In this document: positions 52,636-64,000 of the stretch, piece after piece
How the letters are laid out: every line of letters begins with the position of its first letter
How positions within the stretch are numbered: position 1 is the first letter of the stretch
NCBI RefSeq assembly: GCF_009914755.1
Contig: NC_060932.1
Origin: the human T2T-CHM13v2.0 reference genome, Homo sapiens
Reading direction: 5' to 3' (one strand)
Length of the DNA: 64,000 nt
Program-made: the position numbers and the translations under genes
Notes under the pieces: generated by a model
The model's input: the letters and a program-made list of their open reading frames with translations, nothing else
Told to the model about the DNA's origin: nothing
Database searches by the model: none

Positions 52636-53338
52636 AACTGTCACGCAAAGGGTTAAGGACTGAGTGCATTTTTAGCAGAGACAGCAGGGAGAGTCCTCTC
52701 CCGAGGACTTCAGGATGGAGGAGAGACTTAGGGTACTAGCTTCAGGTAAGGAGCAGGGAAGAGAGGTTCTATTAGGTGATGGGGGCACCAATTGTATTTG
52801 TGGAAACAGGCGAGGAGAGGGAAAAATGCAGATGTCAGCTCTTGCGGTGGCCCACCCACGTCACGAGGCATGATGATTGGTAGAGTCAAGCAGCAGAGTG
52901 GGAGGACGCCAGGGCACAGGCGGCTCCTGGGAGGCAGATCAACGCTTCTCTCTCAAGTTACTGATTACACCCCAGCTCTGACCCTTGCCAGTCACCACTG
53001 GTTGTACAAGGATGCCTGGTAAAGTGAGGCAACCCTGTGTTCTCCCATCTGATGACTCTTTCCCATCTCTTCTTTATTTGACTTGGGGTTTGAGAGGGAG
53101 GCTAGCTTTTGCCTCCATTTATTCGTCCATCTCATGGGGAGACTCATTTCTGTATGAGTCTCGGATAGATTTAGAAACACAGCACTGTCCCAGGGAAAGC
53201 AAGGAATCTGGGGCTACAGGACAAGACCTGTATGAGGGAGGGAGGGACTGTGTGCCCAGAGTCCTTTGAGGCCCTCCCAACATGTGCACTCCACTTAAAA
53301 TTACCCAGGATGGGGATGAGAGTGCATTATAAAAAACA

Positions 53339-53690
53339 GGCCAGGTGCAGTAGCTCACACCTGTAATCCAAGGACTTTGGGAAGCTGAGGCAGGAGGATT
53401 GCTTGAGTCCAGAAGGTTGAGATCAGCCTGGGCAATATACAGTGAGACCTTGTGTCTACAGAAAAATTTAAAAATTAGCCAGGTGTGGTGACAAGTGCCT
53501 GTAGTTCCAGCTACTCAGGAGGCTGAGGCAGGAGGATTGCTTGAGCCCAGGAGTTCAAGGCTGCATGAGCGGTGATCATACCACTGCACTCCAGCCAGGG
53601 TCACAGAGCGAGACTCTATCTCAAAAACAAACAAACAAACAAACAAACAAACACACAAACCAGAAAAACCCACAAAACATCAAAGATCAA
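53339..53690 (+). mobile_element. Alu (J-type) with (CAAA)n tail
   Basis: Sense Alu sequence. Confidence 0.9.
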
Positions 53691-54234
53691 CAAAGCCTGA
53701 AAGCACACCACACTACCAGGTGCCCTAGTTGACATAATGCTAGCTGCAGTTGCTCCGTGGCCAAGAGTCTTCTCTCTCACACAAAGCAGAGGAGTGCTGG
53801 GACCCAGGGAGACACCCAGCACTGGCTAAATTATAAGTAGGGTAGTAATGTACCTGTGTGTTGCATGGAGCAGATGGATGTCAGGGCTAGAGTAATTCTT
53901 ATGAAAAAAAGCAGGATTTGGGAGAAAGCCTGAACCTCTTCCCTCTGCAACCCTCATTTTCTGTCCTCTTTTCTCCCAACTCTCCAAAATTATATCTAAA
54001 CTTCACCATGAGCTTCCATGGTGCAGCATATATAATTGAGATATATACTCTTCCAAATATAGAGTTTATTTTCCTCTATATTTTGTTCACCATGTAGTAT
54101 GAATGACCAAAGTCTACAGAGGAGGAAGCTTGCCAGAAACAGGCCAGAGCCCCTCAGCTAGTGAACACTGGAAGCAGGGCTTGCACAGGTCTACACCTCC
54201 AAGTCAGGTGCTTCTTGCCCTGCACATTCTACAG

Positions 54235-54624
54235 CTTCCTCTTTCTAAATGGAGCTTGGCTTCCAGTTAGGCCAGGGCTGCATGACGACATCTTCAGAAC
54301 TACAACGTTCAGGAACTTTACGAAAGACTCCGATAGAAGCAACAAGTCATTCTGAGCTTCCTGGCCTGCCCCATGGGAGAGGACCAAATGAGCTGCCACT
54401 CCTCTGCTCCTGGTTGCCATGTTCTTGCCTTTCAAAGAGAGAGCTGCTCCCTTCCTGATGGCAGTGTGGCCCAAGCACTGGGTTATGCTGTCTGGGATGC
54501 CACCCTCTCGCAGCATGCCTTCCCTAGAGGTCTGGGAGCTGGACCGGCTGCTGCCTTGTGACATCCGGGATGGCGCCTTCATTACTATGCCCTTTCACTG
54601 CTATGCACAAAACCGTGGGGAGGG
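54235..54624 (+). other. Candidate upstream alternative exon of SLC25A37
   Basis: Acceptor-like gcttcttgccctgcacattctacag ends at 54234. The donor GG|gtttag at 54625 is frame-compatible with an acceptor at 57845/57846. No transcript data are available here. Confidence 0.35.
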
Positions 54625-55314
54625 GTTTAGGCACAGATCCACACTGCCAAACTGGCTTCCCAAGGGACTGGCTACCTCTGCCATGGCCTCAAAGGCAAGG
54701 AATCAGAAGGCCACCTACAAAGTCACGGTGCGGGGATCGGGAGGCTGCCACTTATCACTGCTGCACCCCCTCATTCCATAAATACCTCTCAGCATCCATG
54801 AATCTGGTGACCAAACACTGCCATGCTGTTGCAGTGGGGAACCCACTGCCCGCCCCAACTGTTCCTGCCTCAAGTGTCTGTGACCTTGCTAGGCAGCAGA
54901 AAACACCAAAGAACAGGAAGGGAGCTTCAGCTCATGTTCACTTTCCAGATCTTTCCAATTCATCTATTGCCAGAATATAATTCATGGCTAGACCCTTGGC
55001 TGCAAGAAAGTCTGAGAAATGTGGCTTTACATGTTCTGGCCACTGCAGTCCAAGGAGGAGTGCAAGATGCTAAGTGCCAAACCACCATATCTACCATAGG
55101 TGGGGAGAAAAAAATATTGAATTCTGTTAAATAATCAATATTCCAAAGATTTTCAACTGTTTCTAACATTTATTTAATGAAATTAAACAAAAATCACGTC
55201 TGTGAAGATTATGGGCATATTCACATTTGCTAAGAATTCTCTTAACCATCAAAAGGCAACTTCTTTCCACTGGTATCACCATTGCAAAGTTCAGGGGGTT
55301 TCTCATCCATTAGG

Positions 55315-55315
<1 letters not shown>

Positions 55316-55350
<35 letters not shown>

Positions 55351-56010
55351 AATATATCTTATACATATGTATTATATATAATATAGGTATACATATAATA
55401 TACATACATATATAACAGGTGTATATATGTACATAGATGTATATATGTATACATAGGTGTATATATCATATATACATAGGTATATATTAAATATGTGTAA
55501 AATATATAGACGTGTATATATCTTATATATAAAATATAAAATTTATATAAATTATAAAATATATATAAAATAAAATTTATATAAATTATAAAATATATAT
55601 AAAATATAAAATATATATAAATATATATAAATATAAAAAATATATAAATATATATAAATATAAAATCTATATAAAATATATAATATAAAATTTATATAAA
55701 ATATATATAACATAAAATTTATATAAAACATACATAAAATATAAAATTTATATATATAAAATGTACATATTTATACATAAAATGTATATATATTTTATAT
55801 ATACACATGGATATGAATGCTGAGAGGCTAAGTAAAAAAATACATTTATATATACACATATATCTATATATATTTATATACACAAATCAACATATTTTAT
55901 ATATGTACATATGTGTATATTCTATATCCTATCTATATATCTTATACATATGCACATATCTATATTCTATACATATATACTTCTATATATAGATGTGTGT
56001 ATGTATGTGT
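55316..56010. repeat. About 700-bp (TG)n/(TA)n-rich low-complexity tract
   Basis: Degenerate tatataaaa and tatatac repeats. Confidence 0.95.
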
Positions 56011-57439
56011 AAATATGGTATATATTTCCTAAAAAGAATGGTTTTTTATTTTTAAATTACAGAAATAATAAAAGTATTATTTAAAGTCTGAAAAATAAAG
56101 TCAAAGCAGTTGCCTATAAGCCTCCATCACTAGCACAGTAACCATGCGATTCTTTTCCTGAGCACATTTACATCTTTGTGAATGCAATGGTTATAGAATT
56201 TCGTTTTGTTTTTTTCACCTAACATTACATTATAATCATCGTCCATGTCGTGTAATGTAAATTCCACTTGTAAAGGCTGCATAATATTTCACTAATATTA
56301 TGCACACATCATAATTTCCTTAGCCATTCCCTTCTGGTTGACCATTTAGGTTGTTTCCAATGATTTACTGCTCTAAGGAATGCTTTGAAGAAGAGCTTCC
56401 TGTGTATTTGGGTTTTTGTTACATTCCCAGAAGTGGGGCAGTGGGTTCTTACAGACTTAATGCTTAAAGGGCATCCACTTAAAAATAAGGATCAACAGCT
56501 TCTGATCAGTATTTCTTAAAAACGACCTTTGACAAAAGTAGAGTTTTCTCTAGCCATTACAGAGATGGCTAAGTAAAAACACAGAGCCTGTTTTTACTTA
56601 TCACATCCTTAGCACTCAGCTTGCCAGCTACTATCTGCAGCTACCAAAACTAGGCAAACAGTGCTCTTGGTCCTGACGCCTCTATTGACCTCTACCCATG
56701 CTCACATTACTGTATCTCAAATCCCTAAGAGCTGCTTGGGATGCTGATCACGGTGAGGGCAGAGAGTAGGCTCAGCCTCTTCAGGGTCTTCCCCACCCTT
56801 TCATATCTCAGGATCCAGCTTTCCTGACGAGAAGCCTTGTCTAGATAAGGCAGGGAGGCCCTGGTGCCTACAAGTTGATCAGCCCAAGTCATCTTAAGCC
56901 CTGGAACACGCAATTTAGACGGACACTTCCAGAGGCAGACAGGTCCCTCCCCTACTTTCTGATTTCTCCCTTTTTCCCCAGACTGGAGCAAAACAATATT
57001 AAAACAGCCTGGGTTACACTTTATTGAAGAGGCCAGCTTAGGACGACTTTAAGAACTAGGTGACCACAGTCTTAAGACAGGCAGGGGCAAGGCTGTAAGA
57101 TTTTACTCTCAGCCAGTTCACACTCCTAACTGTGAGATCAGGCCTCTACAGACCTTATGGGCCTATCAAACCCAAAGAAAATTTCCTGGAGGTGCCTACT
57201 CAGAGGGGCTCCCTCCTGGTCACTCCTTATAGCCTTGCTCGGTCCAGGGCAGGGTGGGTTCGGTCTCTCGGTGAGAACAAGAGGAACACATTTAGCTCTG
57301 CATTATGTATTTAGGTTGAGAGAAACAATTTCGAATGAATGGGGGTCTCTCCAACAAAGCAGTCTAGAACGGGCCCCTGAGGTTTGAATTCAGGCCTTAG
57401 GAATGCCAAAGCTCACTGAGCGATTCTGTTTGCAAACCC

Positions 57440-58780
57440 ACCCGCCACGGGGACGGATTTTCCCCGAGACACTGTCACCCATGCCTCCAGCTCTGGGCAT
57501 ACCCCACTGCGGCCCCTCCCCAATGACCTCCCCTGCCCCTCGCGGACCAGCCCATCCTCAAGATAGTACAACTTTCCGGGCCACCCCACGTCTCCTCTCG
57601 CCCCCGTCCGGTTGCTTGGAAATGTGCACGGGACGGTGACGTCACACAGGGAGGCGGGTCCCCACTGTCCCGCACACCAATGGCGCGGCGGCCGCCGGCC
57701 TCTTGGTTCCCGGCGATTGGTGTCTCTGGCCGCTGCGCTCCACCCCAGCCCGCCATGGCGTCAGGCGCCGCGGCCCCGGGGAGGTGGCTCCCACTTTAAG
57801 AAGTGAAGTTTTGCGCCCCTCCCCCTCCCTGCCCACCTCCTGCAGCCTCCTGCGCCCCGCCGAGCTGGCGGATGGAGCTGCGCAGCGGGAGCGTGGGCAG
57901 CCAGGCGGTGGCGCGGAGGATGGATGGGGACAGCCGAGATGGCGGCGGCGGCAAGGACGCCACCGGGTCGGAGGACTACGAGAACCTGCCGACTAGCGCC
58001 TCCGTGTCCACCCACATGACAGCAGGAGCGATGGCCGGGATCCTGGAGCACTCGGTCATGTACCCGGTGGACTCGGTGAAGGTGAGGCGCGGGGAGACTT
58101 CGGGGACGCAACGAGCGGAGAAGGAGCGCGCGCGCGCATTTGCATCCCGCGCGCCGGCAGCCTCGGGGCAGCGTCCCGAAACCGAGCTCTCCCCAGGACC
58201 GCGGCTGGCCGGGGTCGCCCCAGGAGCAGCTGCGCGCAGCCTGGGCGCCGCGCCTTCCGCCGACCCCGCGAGGGTGCCCGGTCCTCGCCCCGCACCGCCC
58301 GCTGCTCCAGCCGCGTGCCCGGCCCCGGCTGCTGGCGGCGCTGAGGCGGGGGAGGCGGAGTGGCGAGCACCGCTGGCTTCGGCGGCGACTGGGCTCCCGG
58401 GGGACGCGATCGCTGAAGCTCTGCACAGTCTTACCACGCTGGCCGTTCGGGCTGGCTGGGGCCGCCCACACGTGCGCGGTTTCCGAGGGAGCTCCCCGCA
58501 GGGGAAGCCCTCACCACGCTGGAGCTGAGAAACGTGTGGCCCTGGCCCGGCCGCGCGCCCTCGGGACTTGGTGTGTGGCTGCTGCTCCCCGGGTTATTTC
58601 GGGAACTTGGGGCCGGCAAGTCTTCTCTCGACTAGTGGCAGCTCTTTACCGGTTCGACAGCGGCCCGTGGGATCCCCTTTCTGAGGGTTCCTGCACTTCT
58701 TCCCCCGACTTTGGGTCGCCGAGCCGCCGGGAGGCAATGACGTTTGCCTTCTCCTTTTGCTTGCGGGGAGGTGGGTGGGC
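57440..58780. promoter_or_regulatory. SLC25A37: CpG island / promoter of SLC25A37
   Basis: Dense CpG. Full CRE TGACGTCA 57637-57644, GC box at about 57650, CCAAT 57677-57681, inverted CCAAT (ATTGG) 57716-57720. No TATA box. Confidence 0.9.
57872..58081 (+). CDS. SLC25A37: Mitoferrin-1 (mitochondrial iron carrier), coding exon 1 (70 aa); gene continues beyond the window
   Basis: [70 protein letters not shown] is the mitoferrin-1 N-terminus, with carrier signature Px[DE]xx[KR] (PVDSVK). Phase-0 donor AAG|gtgagg at 58082. Confidence 0.98.
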
Positions 58781-60553
58781 TTGTGCCTTACAGCCCTTGC
58801 TGTGGATTGTGTGAGAGGCACTCAGTTTCCTTTAAACCCTGTCTGTCACTTGCCCCGGTAGTTTTAACTGCATTTCTGTAAAGAGGCAGCGTTACTAGGT
58901 GCGTTTTGCCTGGTAGACTGAGACCTGCCCTCTGTCAGCCTGCCCAGAACACCCCAGGGCCAGGATAGAGTAGTGCAGGAAGTAATGCCAGTATTGACTG
59001 TTACACGTTGCACTTTTATAGGCATAACTCGCCTAATTCATGCAACAGCCCTGGGGGTTAACAGATGAAGAAACTGAGGCGCAGAGAGGCGAACCGATTA
59101 CCTTGCCCAGGCTCCTACACCACCTCCTATCCTCTGGCTGCAGCTGCAGTGTGCTTTGGAGGATTCGGAGGCCTCTCTAGGTGGCAATTATTTTGCAAGG
59201 CAGGTCCCACAGAGGCACCCCCAGCAGCTTTATCTTGTTGCTGATGCTGGTCCTGCATGAGCAGGTATGAAGGCCAGAAAGTATAACTCAGAGGGTTTTC
59301 CCGGCTCCGGGGAGCTCGCTTGGAGCCAGCAGTCAGTGTCTGGACAGGCAGAAGTCCAGTGAGGAAAGACATGGGCTTCCAAGGTGCTGCTGGACCTAAG
59401 CCTGAGCCATCACCCATATGTCCCTCCAGTGTCCCAGTGGGGAGTTAGAGGAATGGTTCTCATCTCCAGGAAAGACACTGGACTGATACCAGGTGGCATT
59501 TGTATGGGAAAGAATCCCTCAAATGTAATAAAATTCTCCATGATTGAAGCTGTTGTCTCAACTGCCCTGGGCAGAGTCTGGGGAAAGTTAGGAGCAGGGA
59601 GGTGTTATCTGAGCAGGCCCTAGTCCTACTGGTGTCTTGAGATGAATGTTCTATTCGGGAACCCCACAGTGAGTTCACTTTAGAGCATCATTTTAGCTTA
59701 TTTTTAGGATTAGAAATAATTAGTTGTGCCTTCTGAGCACCCTTTGACACTCTCAAGAGGCGTTTCTCACACGTTTAAATTGTGTGATCTGTGTTTAGTT
59801 TCTCCCTGCCCCATACATGTTGATATGTTTTGGTTCAGATGTCACCTGTATACTTAGTATTACTTTCCATAGCAGTTTTCACCTGTGGACAGGTTAACAT
59901 GGTGTGAATGGTAGAAGGAGCCGGTCTGGTTTTCCTAGACAAGTCTGTAAAACAAGGCGTGGGTTAGCTAATCAGTGAAGTCTTCTAGGTTCTGGGATTA
60001 TAACTGACCCTTAGGGGCCCTTCCATGCTGAAGTGTGCAGGGTTGGTTTTGAGGCTGCCACTGAGTGCCAAGGTCTGCCAACATCAGCACAGTTGTCTGC
60101 CAAGCATGAGGAGTCAGGGGTGCATCCTCCATCATGGAAAGGCTTGGGGGAGACCACACCTGTGTTCCTCTTAAGTATTTTGGATGATGGCGAAGACCGG
60201 GAGTAACTGAGTCAAGAAACCCGGGTTGGGCTTCAAGCCCTGCTCTCACTTGCTTCATGCCTCGGGCACTGTTCTGTGCCTTAGTTTTGTCACTATAAAG
60301 TGGGGACAGTGGACCTGCTCAGTCCCTCTCCACATTTTTAACCCATGCCTCGTTTCTCTGAACACACAACACCCATCGTCCTCTTTTATGTTACTTGAAA
60401 TATCAAAAGAATTATTACAGCTGAAAACAAATCTATGTAAATCGGATCTTGAAAGAGAGAAAGCTTTCTCCAGTTTTGAAAGGCGCCATTTTTAACTTTG
60501 ATCTTGTAATGACAAATAAGAATGTTGAATCGGCTGGCTTTTTTCTATCCTAG

Positions 60554-60791
60554 GTAATGTGGACTGTGGAGCTCTGTGCTGGTCACTTTCAACCCTGAAC
60601 CTGATGCTACTTATTTTGCAGTTCTAAGTGCAAAGTCGGCCTGGTGGATGCTTCCCATTATAATATTAAATTTGCTTCTTCGTGAGGTCACACCTCACAT
60701 CCCCAGTGTCACTTTAATAACTAGTGTTTTTTACATGGTGGGCCATGACCCATTAGTGGACTCTGCATTTAAAAATAAATAAATAAATAAA
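60554..60791 (+). other. Candidate intronic alternative last exon of SLC25A37
   Basis: Acceptor ggcttttttctatcctag ends at 60553; in-frame VMWTVELCAGHFQP* (60554-60598); stacked AATAAA hexamers at 60774-60791. Confidence 0.45.
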
Positions 60792-62789
60792 AGAAGTTAT
60801 TAGTGAGAGTGTAAAAATACGGGTGTGCCTGGCATGCAGTGGGAGAAATGTTGAAATTCTGTTTGGGTTGTGTGTGTGTCTCTGAGTGCATTTTACAGAC
60901 GTGTACAATGTACTTCTGGCTGGGAGTTGTGGTCAAACAAATATGAAAACCACTGAACCTGAGAAAATATCTCTGGAGCCCCAGCAGGCAACACTGAGAT
61001 TATGAAATGGGTATTTGGAAGACCTTTGGCAACTTTCCTGCTGCTTCCTGTGTCTTCTTCTTTCCCTTGGTCCTCCCATGGTGGGATGTGAGCACTCATT
61101 CATCCATAAAGGGCCAGTCTACTGGGACCTTTGGCTGCCCCTGCGATGACAGTGAGCAGCAAAGTGATACCCAGGGAGGGAGTATAGGGTCTCTGCAGGG
61201 CTCTCACCAAATGGTGGCAATGACTTACTCCTGTCTAGGCGGGGTCTGGTGGCAGGTTTTCCATGAGCCTCTTTCTGGTGTTCCAGAGTGGCAAGGGGCA
61301 CTTGGGGTGGATACAAGAACCCCTGGTCTGATCAGGAGAGCTCAAGACTTGAGGAGCATGCCAGGTGGGTGGAGGAGGAAATTCCAACCAGATTAGGCAC
61401 ACCACTCGGAGACCATGCCGAGTCCCGCCTGGGGAAAGCAGGGGCAGAAGGAAACAGGAAAGATTTGAAGCCGGGGGACTTCCGCTGACCCTTTCACAAC
61501 CCTTCTTTTGCTTTGCTGTTGGGGGAAACCCTGCCTGTGACTCTCCTAGGATGAGCCCTCCTTCCCAGGTTGGTGCACCACGGAGCGTTCCCTCTAGGAG
61601 CCTCCTGGCTGACCTTATGGTGTGCACAGCCAGCCTGCCCAGCTCAGCAGAGCATTACCTCAACTTCTGACTTCTCCTCTTCTGAGTTTTCTCCTGGCTG
61701 CAGGCAGACTGGTAGGAAGGGTGCTGGGGGGCAGTGCAGGCAGCTGCCAGAGTCCCCTCCCACCCACTTCATTGCTTTCCAAACAAAGTGCAGTTCGGTC
61801 CATGCCATTCAGCTTCAGAAGGGCGTGAAATCCCAAATTGCTCTAGTTCCTGGGACAAAACTATAATGATTTTTCTCTCTCCCTTCTTGTCTCCTCTCCC
61901 TCACATCCCCCTGCTCCCTTCTTTTCTCTCCTTTGATGAGAGGTGATTTTCTTAAAAGGCGAATTTGGAACGAGGAATCAAAAAAGGGGTATTTGTGAGC
62001 TGCAGTCCTGTTCCTTGTTTCATGAACCCCCAGGCAGCCATGGCCTGTACCCCTCAGGCCTACCCTGAGGAGTGTGAGAACCTCATCCACTTTTCTCTGC
62101 CCTAAATTGGGGAGGGGCAGGCTGGAGCGTGGTTTGGAGGCGCGTGCCCAAGAGTACTGTGAACAGCAAAGGGGGCCTCAGCTTTTTAGTAGGGAGAGGT
62201 ATTTGGGGTTGAATGGGAGGATTTAATCAGCTGCTTTGCTTAAACTATACAGGGGTGTGCACCTGGGGTGGGGGATGTGCGTGTCACCTGGAAGGGAGGA
62301 ATGTGCTTCCCAAACCTTTTCCTGGCTTCCACTTGGGCACGTTTCAGCTGCATGTGGCCATCTCATTAGAGATGAGTTTTGTCCTGTCTTGCAGCAGTGA
62401 CCAGTCTTGGGGAATCAGTTCCACTTTCTCTGTTTTTTAGTCTTGGGCTTCTGACTCTCTCTGACTTCAGGGGTTTCCTTCTTCTGACTCATCGGATGAA
62501 CTCACCTGCTGGTGTGGAAGCCTTCAGCATCTTTCTTGAACCCCAGAGCTTTTTGGCTCTTTTCCTGTCTCCACTAGTACGGAACCTTTTCTTGTCAAAG
62601 AATTTGTGTTTTTGTTTTTGTTTTTAATCCGAAATACCGGCTGTCATGTCCCATCCATGCTGGCCACAGACATACCCCTGTGATCATGGTGTTGGCTGGA
62701 CCATGCCAGGATGCATGGCTTTGCCACTCCCATGCCCACCTTGAATGTTGTGTCTGATGTTTGTCATAGGAGGGGTATATCCAATCTCT

Positions 62790-63133
<344 letters not shown>

Positions 63134-63479
63134 TGAACTGGAAACCTTCCCTAAAGTTCCCTCAACCTTCCCTCAAGTTCCTACTGAGATGGATTTCCCA
63201 CCCTTAGAGAACTATCTTGGGGTTCAAATTCCAGTCTTTGACTTACTGGTTGGGCAGGACACTTAGCTTCTTCATGTCCTTACTTGTCAAATGGGGATCC
63301 TGATTTTCTTCCTGCTTTCTCTTTCCTGACCCAGCTTTCCATTGCTTCTTTCCCACTTCTCTCATTTTTCCAGTGGGCCTTGTGGAAGTTCCTTGTTAAC
63401 AAGCTCCCTTACATCTTCCCCTCTTTACCGAATGTTTCTTTCACTTCCCCCTCCTGATGGAAATCCAGCTCCTCTTGCT

Positions 63480-63680
63480 AAGGGTTGGGAGCATGGACCC
63501 TTGAGTCCAAATCCCTGGACCGGGTCCCATTTCCCAGTTAGGTGTGACCTTGGGCAAGTTTCTTAACCTTTCTGTGCTATTTCCCTATCTGTAAAAAGAA
63601 GAAGAGATGGTACCGATCTCCCAGGGTGGTTGTGAGGAGGGTTAAGCCCTCGCTGCACTTCACATGCCTGGTACACGCAC
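63480..63680 (+). mobile_element. MIR
   Basis: MIR core: gtgtgaccttgggcaagtttcttaacctttctgtg..ctatctgtaaaa..gggtggttgtgagga. Further MIR pieces lie at about 13050-13230, 16480-16620, 18950-19130 and 43770-43990. Confidence 0.75.
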
Positions 63681-64000
63681 AGAACAGTTGATACTCTCTG
63701 ATGTCTGCTCTCATCTTTATCTTCATCATCATCAGCATGATTGCCATCACTTTCTCTCATTCCCTGAGGACTCTGGCATCTGATGCACAGACTTCACCTC
63801 CACAGATCCCGTCCTCACCCTGAGGATGGCCCCTCTTCGTCCCCACCCGACTCAAGTCCAAATCACTCCATTCCTTACACCTCTGAGTCAATGGCCTTCA
63901 CCTCCATGGTCCCTTGACCTAACTCAGAATCTTCCTGAGATCTTAAATCCAGATTATTATAGCCTGGACCCCAAGATTGACTGCTGCAGCTGCTGGGGCC

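Noticed and set aside
57700-57871. Iron-responsive element in the SLC25A37 5'UTR
   Set aside because: I looked for a CAGUGN loop on a C-bulged stem and found none.
57761-58814. Long ORFs of 150-240 aa on both strands over the CpG island
   Set aside because: Expected from stop-codon scarcity in GC-rich DNA. Only 57872-58081 matches a known protein, and the 241-aa ORF simply reads through the splice donor.

Overview
Human (primate) genomic DNA, recognisably the 8p21 region upstream of SLC25A37 (mitoferrin-1), on the ENTPD4 side. It holds about 57 kb of repeat-rich upstream sequence, then the SLC25A37 CpG-island promoter, coding exon 1 (57872-58081) and about 6 kb of intron 1. The only other gene-like feature is a long processed pseudogene of DNAJC5 (cysteine string protein) on the minus strand (about 8020-12610), with poly(A) remnant, TSD and many inactivating lesions. 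The rest is more than 30 Alu pieces, old L1/L2/MIR, MaLR LTRs, an intact solo LTR12F, a MER85 piggyBac MITE, other DNA-transposon fossils and simple repeats. Nearly all ORFs in the six-frame track are spurious. I found no convincing new protein-coding system. The best leads are regulatory and structural. (1) A candidate upstream SLC25A37 exon splicing into an internal acceptor of exon 1, giving an overlapping out-of-frame ORF. (2) A candidate intronic alternative last exon giving an 84-aa truncated mitoferrin. (3) An in-frame uORF in the promoter/5'UTR. (4) A GATA1:TAL1/KLF1 enhancer-like cluster next to the CCAAT-rich LTR12F. (5) Two co-oriented CTCF motifs. (6) A 46-bp templated insertion inside an Alu, copied from an L1 1.2 kb away. 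Repeat family names come from my recall of consensus sequences, and their boundaries are approximate.
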